Assembly: GCA_963752285.1 (NCBI GenBank)
Contig: CAVVXN010000002.1
Span: 192,001 to 256,000, forward strand
Direction: 5' to 3'
DNA from: an uncultured Planctomycetota bacterium
Lineage (GTDB): Bacteria; Planctomycetota; PLA2; JAEUHO01
DNA length: 64,000 bases
In this document: piece after piece, positions 18,372 through 26,748 of the stretch
Layout: the number at the start of each line of letters is the position of its first letter
Position numbering within the stretch: position 1 is the stretch's first letter
Notes under the pieces: model-generated
Seen by the model: the letters and a program-made list of their open reading frames with translations, nothing else
What the model was told of the DNA's origin: nothing
Databases searched by the model: none
Translations under genes and position numbers: made by a program

Positions 18372-18671
18372 CTAGAAGCCGAGGTGGAACCGGAAGCCCG
18401 CGCGCGGCCACCACCCGTAGGTCCGCGGGGCGTAGTAGTACGTCCGCGGCGCGTAGGAGTACCGGGGCGTGGCGTAGTAGTAGGTCGGGGTCGAGTACCC
18501 GTACCTGGGCGCCGTGTCGTAGTAGCTCTGCGGCGTGTAGAACCGGAACGTCGGCACCGGCAGTGAGATCCCGCCGCCCACGTACAGGTCGGCGCGCGCC
18601 GGCGGTGCCGTCACCAGGGTCGAGGCGGTCAGCACGGCCAGCGCAGCAACGGTCACGAGTAGAGTACGCAT
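18372..18671 (-). CDS. Small secreted Tyr/Pro-rich repeat protein, 99 aa
   Basis: GGAGG SD; signal peptide ending ARA; repeated YYxxPR/YAPRTY units; C-terminal FRFHLGF. Confidence 0.85.
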   Translation of the reverse strand: MRTLLVTVAALAVLTASTLVTAPPARADLYVGGGISLPVPTFRFYTPQSYYDTAPRYGYSTPTYYYATPRYSYAPRTYYYAPRTYGWWPRAGFRFHLGF

Positions 18672-18873
18672 GATCAAACCTCCAATCGTCTGGCCGCATC
18701 CCAACCTAGCCATCTCGCGCGGGGTCGATAACCGACTGGGGGACAACGAGTTGAGAGGGTCGTGCCCCGCACGTGGCGGAGGGCTCAGAGCCCTTCGCCC
18801 CAAGGTCGGCGCGGGTGTGCGCGACGCGTAGCGCGCGAGGGGGCTTGGTCCGCGGCGTGCGAGCCGTCGCCGG

Positions 18874-20694
18874 ATGCGACCCGACGCGGACCGTTCCCCG
18901 ACCGACAGCCCGACCTCGTCTCGCGGCGTGCTCGCCGGCCGCGCGGCGATCCCGTCCACGCCCCGGTCCACGATCTTCCTGACGGCGCTCCTCGCCGTCG
19001 CCGCGCTCTACCTCGGTCGCGTCTTCTTCGTCCCGCTGGCTCTCGCCGGCCTGTTCGCGTTCCTGCTCGCGCCCATCGCGGAGTTCCTCGAGAGGAGGAT
19101 CCGCGTGCCGCGCGTTCCCGCGTCGATCCTCTCGATCGCCGGCGCGACCTGTCTCTCTGCGGGACTCGCGTGGATGGTGGCGATCCAGGCCTTCTCGATC
19201 CTCGAGCAACTGCCGACGTACCGCGACAACATCCAGGCCAAGTTCCGCACGTTCCAGGGCATCCGCGAGAACATCGAGTCGGTATCGGAGAACCTGGACC
19301 AGGTCCGCAAGCACCTCGACGGCACCGCGCCTCCGGACAACGTCGGCCCGGAGCCGCTGCCCGAGCCGAAGCCCGAGGAGACGCCGCAGAGGGTGGCGAT
19401 CGCCACGCCGCCCCCGACCCTTCTCCAGACGGCGACGAGGTACCTCGGTCCCTTGCTCGGCCCGCTCTCCACCGTGGGCCTGGTCCTCGTGCTGACGCTC
19501 TTCATGTTGCTCGGCCGCGAGGGCCTGCGCGACCGCATCGTCCGCATCCTCTCGCGCGACCACGCCACCCTCACGAACCGCGCGCTCGACGAGGCGACGC
19601 GACGCGTGAGCCAGTACCTCCTCACGACCCTCGCCGTCAACGGCGTGTACGGGATCGCGATCGGGACGGGCCTGGTCCTGCTGGGCATCCCGAAGGCGTT
19701 CCTGTGGGGGCTGCTCGCGACCCTCCTGCGGTTCATCCCGTACGTCGGACCGTTCGTGGCCGCCTCCCTTCCGATCGTGCTGTCGCTCGCCGTGTTCGAG
19801 ACGTGGAGCCACGCGCTCTCCGTCCTCGCGCTCTTCCTGGTCGTGGACGCCACGACGGCCAACTTCGTGGAGCCGCACGTGTACGGCAGGCGAACCGGGC
19901 TCTCCTCGCTCGCGATCCTCCTCGCCGCCTTCTTCTGGGTCTGTCTCTGGGGCGTGCCCGGGCTCTTCCTGTCCGTGCCCCTCACCCTGTGTCTCGCGGT
20001 CGCGGGGCGGTACGTGCCCGAGTTCGGCTTCCTACACCTGCTCTTGTCCGACGACCCGAGCGCGGTACCCCCCACGCGCTTCTACCAGCAGCTCGCCACG
20101 GGTCGCCAGCACCGCATGTTCGACCTCGCGATCCGCCACCGCGAGGTCCACGGACTGCTCTCCCTCTACGACGACCTCGTCCTTCCCGTCGAACGCATCG
20201 TCGAGGACGCGGAGGAGCGGGGCCACATCTCGTCGAGGACCCGTGCGCAGATGCAGAGCGACCTCGAGTCGCTCCTCGCGAGACTGTGCGAGTCGTCGCC
20301 GGCGAGCGCCCCTCTCGTGGCGCGTGGACGCGCTGTGTGCGTGCCCGTGCACGCCGACGCCGACGACCTGGTCACGCGGGCGCTCTCCCACGTGCTCGCG
20401 GACGCGGGTTACCGGGTCGAGCGGCTCGCGTCCCTGGAGGGCCCGACGCCGCCCGTGGACCGCGACCCGCCCGATGCCGACGTGCTCCTCCTGGTCGCGT
20501 CGCCGCGCGACGTGAAGCGCCTGGGCCCGCTGCTCGCCTGGCTGAAGCCCCCGGGGGCGCGCGCCCGGGTCGTGGCCGTGGTGTGGAGCCGCGCGCGACT
20601 CTCGGAGGAGATGGCGACGCGCCTCGAGGCGCTCGGCGCCGACCATGCGAGCGCCACGCTCCGCGGGGCGCTCGGCTTTGCCCTGACCCTGTGA
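18874..20694 (+). CDS. AI-2E family transporter with C-terminal soluble domain
   Basis: LRDRIVR, RVSQYL, LWGLLATLLRFIPYVGP, NFVEPHVYGRRTGLS, LWGVPGLFLSVPLT, PPTRFYQ. Confidence 0.92.
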   Translation: MRPDADRSPTDSPTSSRGVLAGRAAIPSTPRSTIFLTALLAVAALYLGRVFFVPLALAGLFAFLLAPIAEFLERRIRVPRVPASILSIAGATCLSAGLAWMVAIQAFSILEQLPTYRDNIQAKFRTFQGIRENIESVSENLDQVRKHLDGTAPPDNVGPEPLPEPKPEETPQRVAIATPPPTLLQTATRYLGPLLGPLSTVGLVLVLTLFMLLGREGLRDRIVRILSRDHATLTNRALDEATRRVSQYLLTTLAVNGVYGIAIGTGLVLLGIPKAFLWGLLATLLRFIPYVGPFVAASLPIVLSLAVFETWSHALSVLALFLVVDATTANFVEPHVYGRRTGLSSLAILLAAFFWVCLWGVPGLFLSVPLTLCLAVAGRYVPEFGFLHLLLSDDPSAVPPTRFYQQLATGRQHRMFDLAIRHREVHGLLSLYDDLVLPVERIVEDAEERGHISSRTRAQMQSDLESLLARLCESSPASAPLVARGRAVCVPVHADADDLVTRALSHVLADAGYRVERLASLEGPTPPVDRDPPDADVLLLVASPRDVKRLGPLLAWLKPPGARARVVAVVWSRARLSEEMATRLEALGADHASATLRGALGFALTL

Positions 20695-20730
20695 CGGGGC
20701 CTTCCTCCGTGGCGATGGACCGCGCCGGGC

Positions 20731-20770
20731 CGTGCCGATTCGGCGTCGTCCCGCGTGCCGATTCGGCGTC
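20731..20770. repeat. 17-bp direct repeat, two copies 23 bp apart, each with a dyad core
   Basis: CGTGCCGATTCGGCGTC at 20731-20747 and 20754-20770; core GCCGA-T-TCGGC. Confidence 0.85.
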
Positions 20771-20869
20771 TTCTTGCGCGCCGAACGGCAGATCCTGCCC
20801 GAGGGGCAGGGCGCCCTCGGGGCGCCGCGCCGGGCCCCGCGCGCGGGACGGCACGGATTCGCGGGGACG

Positions 20870-20885
20870 CGGCATGGGCTTTGCG
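20870..20885 (+). promoter_or_regulatory. sigma54 (-24/-12) promoter candidate
   Basis: CGGCATGGGCTTTGCG has GG-N10-GC with TTGC at -12. Confidence 0.55.
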
Positions 20886-20937
20886 ACCGCTTCTTGTTTG
20901 TCGGCGCCCCCTGTCCGTCGGGTGCGAAGGAGCGGTG

Positions 20938-21270
20938 ATGATCATGTCGAGCAAGACCGAAGACGCCAAGTCGGACCTGAAGCAGCTTCGCGAGGACCTC
21001 GCGCAGGTGCGCTCGGACCTCGGCGAGCTCGCCCAGACGCTGTTGTCGATCGGCCGCGGGAAGGTCTCCTCGGCCCGCGAGGGCGTGAGCGACGCCGCGG
21101 ATGCCGGGCTCGGCAAGCTGAAGGACGTGCTCGAGGGGATCCGGGAGCGCAACCGCGCCGCCCGGGAGAAGCTGCGCCACCAGGTGGAGATGCACCCGGC
21201 GGCGAGCGTCTTCGCCGCGCTCGGGCTGGGATTGGTGCTCGGGAAGATCCTGAGCCACCGTCGGAACTGA
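20938..21270 (+). CDS. DUF883/ElaB/YqjD family tail-anchored protein
   Basis: AAGGAG SD; DLKQLREDLAQVRSDL coiled coil; HPAASVFAALGLGLVLGKIL C-terminal anchor. Confidence 0.88.
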   Translation: MIMSSKTEDAKSDLKQLREDLAQVRSDLGELAQTLLSIGRGKVSSAREGVSDAADAGLGKLKDVLEGIRERNRAAREKLRHQVEMHPAASVFAALGLGLVLGKILSHRRN

Positions 21271-21272
21271 GG

Positions 21273-21560
21273 TTGGCCACCGTCGTGGGTCGTCTCGCCG
21301 AGCTCCTGCTCGTGGGCGCGGACCTCCTCGCCAACGAGTGGAGGAGGCTCGCGCGCGCGCAGGTCCGCGTCCTCCGCGCGGCCGCGTTCGCGTGCGTGTT
21401 CGCCGCGCTGCTGCTCGTGGGGCTCGGGTTCCTCGTCGCGGCGGTGTACCTCGCGCTCGAGCCTGCGGTCGGCCCTCCGCTCGCCGCGTTGTTCACGGGG
21501 ACGGGGACCGCGGTCGCCGGGCTCCTCGGGCTGCTCCTCCTGCGCGGGACCCGCGGATGA
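21273..21560 (+). CDS. YqjE-like (holin-X family) two-TM membrane protein
   Basis: TTG start; ADLLANEW followed by two hydrophobic helices; position after the DUF883 gene. Confidence 0.7.
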   Translation: MATVVGRLAELLLVGADLLANEWRRLARAQVRVLRAAAFACVFAALLLVGLGFLVAAVYLALEPAVGPPLAALFTGTGTAVAGLLGLLLLRGTRG

Positions 21561-21742
21561 CGGAGTCGGAGGCCCGCGAGAAGCTCGAGTCGATCGCGGC
21601 GAGGGGCGCCTCGGCCCGCGCGTGCCCATGGACCGCGGTCGCCTGGGGGTTCGGCGTCGGGTTCGCGCTGGGGCGCTTCCCGTGGCTCGCGCGACGGGCA
21701 CGCGGGGTCCTCGAACGGGCGCTCCGGGTCGTGCTCGGGTAA
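21557..21742 (+). CDS. Small membrane protein (YqjK-like position)
   Basis: ATGA overlap; PWTAVAWGFGVGFALG. Confidence 0.65.
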   Translation: MTESEAREKLESIAARGASARACPWTAVAWGFGVGFALGRFPWLARRARGVLERALRVVLG

Positions 21743-21807
21743 TCGCGCGTCCCTCGCGCGCCGGGCTCCGCCGGCCGCCGGCCGCCGGGCGCCGGCGCTC
21801 CGAGACC

Positions 21808-22758
21808 TCACCGCGCGCGGACGAGCTCCCACTCGTCGATGCCCTCGGCGGCGAGGAGCGGGCGCACGTCGTCCAGGAAGCGCCCGCCGTCGCCGCGATA
21901 GCCCGCGGTCGGCGCGAGGTCCGGGAGCCGCTCCGAGAACCACGCGTTCAGCCGGTCCATGTAGAGCTCCCGCACGAGCTTCGCGGCCATCGAGGCCCAG
22001 CCGACGAGCAGGGCGCGGGCGTCGCCCGAGGTCAGGACGCGCACGTCGAACCTCCGCCCCGGGAGGACGAGGACGTACCGCGCGTCGCCCTTTGGCGCGG
22101 GTCGCGGGTCCACGGACGCGAACGGGAAGAGGCCCGAGAGCCACTCCGCGTAGTCGAGCCGCCCGCCCTGACGGTCGAGGACGATCTCGGCCTCGGCGTC
22201 GTCGGTCGTGTCGAGGAGGCGGAGCAGCACCTCGCCCGTCGCGAGCGCGAGCGCGCGAGCCTTGTTGCCGAGCCGGTCGATCGTCCGGTTGAGCTCGCCG
22301 GCGCCCATGGGGCGAAGCGCGAGCCCCGCAGCCGAGACTCCGTGCTTCGAGACGTGCTGCCGGAGACGCGCCGGCGGCGCCTCGGGGAACGGGACGCCCT
22401 CCAGGCCCGCCGCCCAACGCGGCGGTGCGAGGTCGGACGCGCCGAAGACGCCGTAGCATGCCAGCGCGTCGGCGAGGGACCGCGGCGGCGCGTGCCCGAG
22501 CGCCTCGACGAGCGCGTGCACGCCGCGGACGAGCCCGGCGCGTCCCAACCGGCCGTGTACGACCTTCGAGTCGTCCACCACCACGGGGCGCCCCGCGTCG
22601 AGAGCGCCGGCCACCCGGCGGGGGCGCCGGATGACCCGTCGTGCGAGCGCCCGCGCGAGGTCCCCGGCGCCGTTCGGCGTCCGCCAGGACACGCCGGCGA
22701 CGACGAGCGGACCGAGCAGCGGGCCGTAGCCCGCTTCGTCGATGCCGATGTGGAGCAC
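21808..22758 (-). CDS. Divergent ribonuclease HII-family protein
   Basis: GIDEAGYGPLLGPLVV, DDSK, LDRQGGR, SGD...ASMAAKLVRE, AGY. Confidence 0.85.
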   Translation of the reverse strand: MLHIGIDEAGYGPLLGPLVVAGVSWRTPNGAGDLARALARRVIRRPRRVAGALDAGRPVVVDDSKVVHGRLGRAGLVRGVHALVEALGHAPPRSLADALACYGVFGASDLAPPRWAAGLEGVPFPEAPPARLRQHVSKHGVSAAGLALRPMGAGELNRTIDRLGNKARALALATGEVLLRLLDTTDDAEAEIVLDRQGGRLDYAEWLSGLFPFASVDPRPAPKGDARYVLVLPGRRFDVRVLTSGDARALLVGWASMAAKLVRELYMDRLNAWFSERLPDLAPTAGYRGDGGRFLDDVRPLLAAEGIDEWELVRAR

Positions 22759-22837
22759 GAGGCCTCCCCGAGCGTGGCGGGCCGAGGGTACCGCTCTCCG
22801 GGGACGCCGAGCGCGGATCGGCCGAAGCCGGGGGGGG

Positions 22838-23548
22838 TCAGAGCCTCTCCACCCCGAGCGAGGCGATTACCGCTTCCAGGGCGTGCGCGAGCTCCTTCCG
22901 GTCGCGACCCGCCGGCTCGATGAGGGGCGCGATGCGGATCTCGACGCGACCGCCGCGCCGCGGTCCCCAGGAGCCCTTGGGCATGACCGCGCCGGTTCCG
23001 AAGATCGCGACGGGCTGGATCGGGAGGTCTCCGAGGACGGCGATCTGGAAGGAGCCCGGCTTGAAGGACCGCATCCGGCCGTCGGTGCTCCGCGTGCCCT
23101 CCGGGAACACCGCCGCGGCCAGGCCCCGGTCGCGCGCGCGGCGCGCGGCCTGCTCCACGACGTCCTTCCCGGCGCGTGCGCGGCCCCGGTCGAGGAAGAA
23201 GTGACCCGAGGTCCATGCGTACCAGCCCACGAGCGGCAGCCGCCGAAGCTCCTCCTTCAGCACGAATCGCACGCGAAGCGGGAGGAGGTAGCTGAGGAGG
23301 AGCGGCGGATCGAGGAACGAGTTGTGGTTCGCGACGACGAGACGGGCGCCCCGGCGCCCGAGGTTCTCCCGGCCCGTCACGACGACGCGGCAGCCCGCCG
23401 CGAACAGGAGGCACCGGCCCCACGCGGCGACGACGAGCTCCTCGACGCCCAGCCGCGGAAAGAGGACGTGCGTGAGCATCGAGAGGACGAAGCCCACCGC
23501 CGTGAGGGGGACCACGACCAGGAAGAAGACGAGGTGACGGAGGACCAT
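22838..23548 (-). CDS. plsC: 1-acyl-sn-glycerol-3-phosphate acyltransferase family (PlsC-like)
   Basis: NHNSFLD, FLDR, FPEGTRS, FKPG. Confidence 0.9.
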   Translation of the reverse strand: MVLRHLVFFLVVVPLTAVGFVLSMLTHVLFPRLGVEELVVAAWGRCLLFAAGCRVVVTGRENLGRRGARLVVANHNSFLDPPLLLSYLLPLRVRFVLKEELRRLPLVGWYAWTSGHFFLDRGRARAGKDVVEQAARRARDRGLAAAVFPEGTRSTDGRMRSFKPGSFQIAVLGDLPIQPVAIFGTGAVMPKGSWGPRRGGRVEIRIAPLIEPAGRDRKELAHALEAVIASLGVERL

Positions 23549-23644
23549 TCGGACTCACTGCCGGCGACCGGGCCCGGGCCGAGGGCGCGCGGGGCCCGCG
23601 CCCCGACCCCCCGTCCCGTTCCCGTCCGGCGATCGCGAGGCCCG

Positions 23645-25990
23645 CTACGGCCTCAGGCTCGTGCTCTCGGTCTCGTTCGAGAGGTCCATCTGGTCCGAGG
23701 CGCGCGCCACCACGGCGGTCGTCTTCACGAGCGACGAGGGCGGCGCCGACAACACCCGGACGGTGATGTCGAACGTGATCAGCTCCTTCAGGCCGAGCGA
23801 GAAGGCCGCGCTCGTCGCCGTCTGGCCCTGTCCGCTGACCTGGGCGTCCTTGTCGCTGCGGCCCGAGACGAACTCGAGCTCCGGGGGCAAGGTCCAGGAG
23901 ACGACGAGGTCCGGAGTCACCTCGGTCCCGATGTCGTTCAGGACCGTCAGGCGATAGAGGAACGTCTCCCCGACGCGGAACACGCCCTGCTCGGAGCCGT
24001 CGAGGGCCTTGTCCACCATCTCGACCTGGAGGGCGGGGAGGCCGGTGACGCGGAGCGAGACGTCGCGTCGGATCTGGCAGCGCGCGCCGCAGTCGGACGA
24101 AGCCTGCACCTCGCACGACCCGACCGCGGTGCCGTTCACCGAGAAGTCTTGCGTCCACGACTTCCCCGGCCCGAGCGGGCCGACCTCGAAGTCGCGGACG
24201 ATGTTCCCGAGGCAGGCGCCGGTCGTCACGCGCACCACGCAGCCCTCGGCGTCGCCGTCGCCCGCGTTCCGGACGACCAGCGTGAAGTTCGCGGGCTCGT
24301 TGAAGTAGACCTGGTCGGGTCCGGTGAGGTCCATCTCGAGCCGGCAGGTCACGACCTCCACGGTGCAGGAGGCCTCCTTCTCCTCGACGCCGTCCGCCAC
24401 GGCGCGCGCGTGGTTCACGTGCTCGCCGGGCGTCTCCGCGACGCCGGAGAACTGGACCTCCTTGCTCTCGCCGGCGGCCAGCGTCCCGAGACTCACGTGG
24501 TCCTGACTCGTCGGCTCGATGCCGTCGGGGTAGATGTCGCGGACCTCGACGTTGTCGAGGGGGCCGCGGCCCGTGTTCGACACCAGCACCACGAACGTCA
24601 CCGTCTGGCCCGCGTTCACGCGCGACGGCTGGCACGTCTTCGTGATCTCGAGCTGACCGGCGACCACCTCGACCCCGCACGTGTTCTCGACCTTCGCGCC
24701 GCCGGCGGAGCTCGTCGCGCGAACGGTGTCCACGTACGAGCCTGCCTCGTGCGCCATGACGCGGACGGTCTGGGTGTGGGTCGCGCCGGGCGCGAGGGTC
24801 CCGACCTGGACCGGGAACGGGCTCGTGTCGGCGAAGACCAGGCCCGGCGCCGGTTCGTCGTCGAGCACGACGTCCGTCGCGGGCGCGTCGCCCGTGTTCG
24901 TGACCGTGATCGTCTTGTCGAAGGGCTTGCCCACCGACGGCAGCCCGCCGGCGGGGAACGAGCAGGCGACCTCGAGCGCGACCTTCCGCCACGTCTTCGT
25001 GACGATCCGGGTGCGCGGGCACGTCTCGCCGTAGAAGCTGCCCTGCGCGGTGAGGCGCACGCGGTTCACGCCGGGTTGGCCCGTCGTGTTCTTGAGCACG
25101 ACCTCCGCGACGCCGTTCGCGTTCGTGAGGACCTGGGCCACGCGGTCGCCGGAGGAGGCGAACACGGCCGCGGGACCGTCGAGCACCTCCGCCTCGACGG
25201 GCTGCCCGGGGATCCCGGACCCGTCCGTGCGGAAGACGCGGACCGGGAACGTGTGCTCGTCCTCCGGGAGGACGTTCGTGGCGTCGGCGGGGAACTCGAC
25301 GTCGTAGTCGGCCCAGATCTTCCGCGCGAAGATCTTGTGCTTCGTGCCGTCCCGGATGGCGGGGACGTACACGATCAGGTCGGTCACGCCCTCGCGCGAC
25401 GAGGTGATCGTGACCCAGGACTGGCCGGGGCCCACCGTGATGTCCGGCAGGCGCGCGCCGTTCGGGCCCTGGTACGGATGGTTGTTCGCGGCGTCGATGA
25501 GCTCGGAGCCGTAGTTGGTCACCGAGACCGCGTACTGGTTGTCGATCTTGTTGCCTGCGTTCGACGGGATCGCGTTCGCGAGCGGTGCGATCACGCCCGC
25601 GCCGTACTGGTCGTCCACGGCGACGATGTCGCCGACGGCCTCGGGATACCGGGCGAGGATCCACTCGACGCGCTGCCCGGGCATCGGGTTCCCGCAGCTG
25701 TCGAACACGGTCACGACCAGCGTGTGCTGGGTCCGGACGGGGTTGCAGTCCACGGCGGGCGACACGCGCTCGTCCACCTCGACCCGCGCGGGGACGCGCC
25801 CCACCGGCTGGACGACGCGTGCCGGCGCCGTCGCCACGACGGGACCCGTCGCGGGCGCCGTGGCGCAGGGGGCGCAGCCCGGCCAGATGTTGTCGAGCGG
25901 CGTGGTCCGGCAGGCCCCGAGGAGGACGAGGGCCATCGAGGCCCAGGCCACGGGACCGAGCCGGGGCACGAGACGAAGGTGCCGTCGCAT
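23645..25990 (-). CDS. Cysteine-rich DUF11-repeat lipoprotein, OmcB-like
   Basis: Lipobox LLGAC; Ig-like repeats TITVTNTG, VLVSNTG, LVVRNAG, YRLTVLN; GTLAPG/GTLAAGE; C-terminal ETEST; 16 Cys by my count. Confidence 0.85.
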   Translation of the reverse strand: MRRHLRLVPRLGPVAWASMALVLLGACRTTPLDNIWPGCAPCATAPATGPVVATAPARVVQPVGRVPARVEVDERVSPAVDCNPVRTQHTLVVTVFDSCGNPMPGQRVEWILARYPEAVGDIVAVDDQYGAGVIAPLANAIPSNAGNKIDNQYAVSVTNYGSELIDAANNHPYQGPNGARLPDITVGPGQSWVTITSSREGVTDLIVYVPAIRDGTKHKIFARKIWADYDVEFPADATNVLPEDEHTFPVRVFRTDGSGIPGQPVEAEVLDGPAAVFASSGDRVAQVLTNANGVAEVVLKNTTGQPGVNRVRLTAQGSFYGETCPRTRIVTKTWRKVALEVACSFPAGGLPSVGKPFDKTITVTNTGDAPATDVVLDDEPAPGLVFADTSPFPVQVGTLAPGATHTQTVRVMAHEAGSYVDTVRATSSAGGAKVENTCGVEVVAGQLEITKTCQPSRVNAGQTVTFVVLVSNTGRGPLDNVEVRDIYPDGIEPTSQDHVSLGTLAAGESKEVQFSGVAETPGEHVNHARAVADGVEEKEASCTVEVVTCRLEMDLTGPDQVYFNEPANFTLVVRNAGDGDAEGCVVRVTTGACLGNIVRDFEVGPLGPGKSWTQDFSVNGTAVGSCEVQASSDCGARCQIRRDVSLRVTGLPALQVEMVDKALDGSEQGVFRVGETFLYRLTVLNDIGTEVTPDLVVSWTLPPELEFVSGRSDKDAQVSGQGQTATSAAFSLGLKELITFDITVRVLSAPPSSLVKTTAVVARASDQMDLSNETESTSLRP

Positions 25991-26209
25991 CAGATCGAGC
26001 CCTCCCGGCGGCCGGCGCCGCCCTCCCTCCGACCCCTCGCGACCGGGGGGCCCTGAAGACCCCCTGGCCACCCGGGCGCACTGCCCCCCGGGTACCGCGG
26101 TCCATCGGCCGGGGGGAGGGAAAAGAAGACCCCGACGCTGTCTCTGCCCTGTCATCGCGCGGGGGCCCGGCCGGCCGGACTCCGGGTGAAGTGGGCAGGG
26201 GCGAGCCGG

Positions 26210-26249
26210 AAAAGAACGCGGCCCCTCGCGCTTCGAGTCGCGAGGGGCC
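26210..26249 (-). terminator. Intrinsic terminator located upstream of the OmcB-like gene
   Basis: GGCCCCTCGCG-8 nt loop-CGCGAGGGGCC followed by GCGTTCTTTT on the minus strand. Confidence 0.8.
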
Positions 26250-26338
26250 GGTCACCCGTTCGTCCCGCGGTCGAGGATCCGTAGCCCAAAGGGGGAAGCC
26301 AAAGGGAGAGGCCCCGGGTAGGACCGTCCTCGAACCGC
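26210..26338 (-). ncRNA. Candidate structured sRNA or attenuator leader, about 130 nt
   Basis: Promoter-like TGGCCA-17-TATGCT (26371-26343), long stem GCGGTTCGAGGA/TCCTCGACCGC with C/U-rich loops, then the terminator. Confidence 0.5.
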
Positions 26339-26424
26339 CCGGAGCATACCTCGACTCGCACAGTATGGCCACTCGCAAGGTGTGCACGCGAAGTGGGCCT
26401 AAAGGCCCTGATGGCCCGGCCCTC

Positions 26425-26748
26425 CTACCCGGCCCGGGCCGGGCGGTGGGGACAGGCGCACGGCGTGTGGTCGCAGCGGGGGCACCCGTCCCGATAGCGG
26501 GCGGCGGCGCCCGCGAGGTCCACGCCGGCGAGCGAGGCGAGCGTCGCGAGCCACGCGAGGACGTCGGAGACCTCTTCCTCGAGGTTCGCCCGCTCGCCGC
26601 GCTTGAGCGCGCGAGCGAGCTCGCCGACCTCTTCGACGAACCACACGAACGTCGCGTCCGCGCCGCGCGCGCGGTCGCGCGGTCCGTAGAGGCGCTCGAT
26701 CGCGGCCTGGAAGGCCGCGATCGTGAGCGGCGTGTCGTTCGCCGCCAT
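26425..26748 (-). CDS. MazG-like nucleotide pyrophosphohydrolase
   Basis: WFVEEVGELA...EEEVSDVLAWL; C-terminal CPRC...PCAC; start overlaps the upstream stop. Confidence 0.9.
   Translation of the reverse strand: MAANDTPLTIAAFQAAIERLYGPRDRARGADATFVWFVEEVGELARALKRGERANLEEEVSDVLAWLATLASLAGVDLAGAAARYRDGCPRCDHTPCACPHRPARAG

Noticed and set aside
20731..20770. Direct repeats as a mini-CRISPR
   Set aside because: Only two 17-bp copies with a 6-bp gap and no cas genes
20849..20862. Second sigma54 site CGGCACGGATTCGC
   Set aside because: GG-to-GC spacing is 9 rather than the required 10
21273..21560. Holin-family gene as prophage evidence
   Set aside because: Context is the cellular yqjD/E/K-like triad with no phage genes
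18102..21742. Genomic island integrated at tRNA-Thr
   Set aside because: No integrase, no duplicated tRNA 3' end seen, no evident compositional shift
26425..26748. MazG-like gene as part of an anti-phage or toxin-antitoxin system
   Set aside because: Short housekeeping-type protein in a core operon with no defence partners nearby
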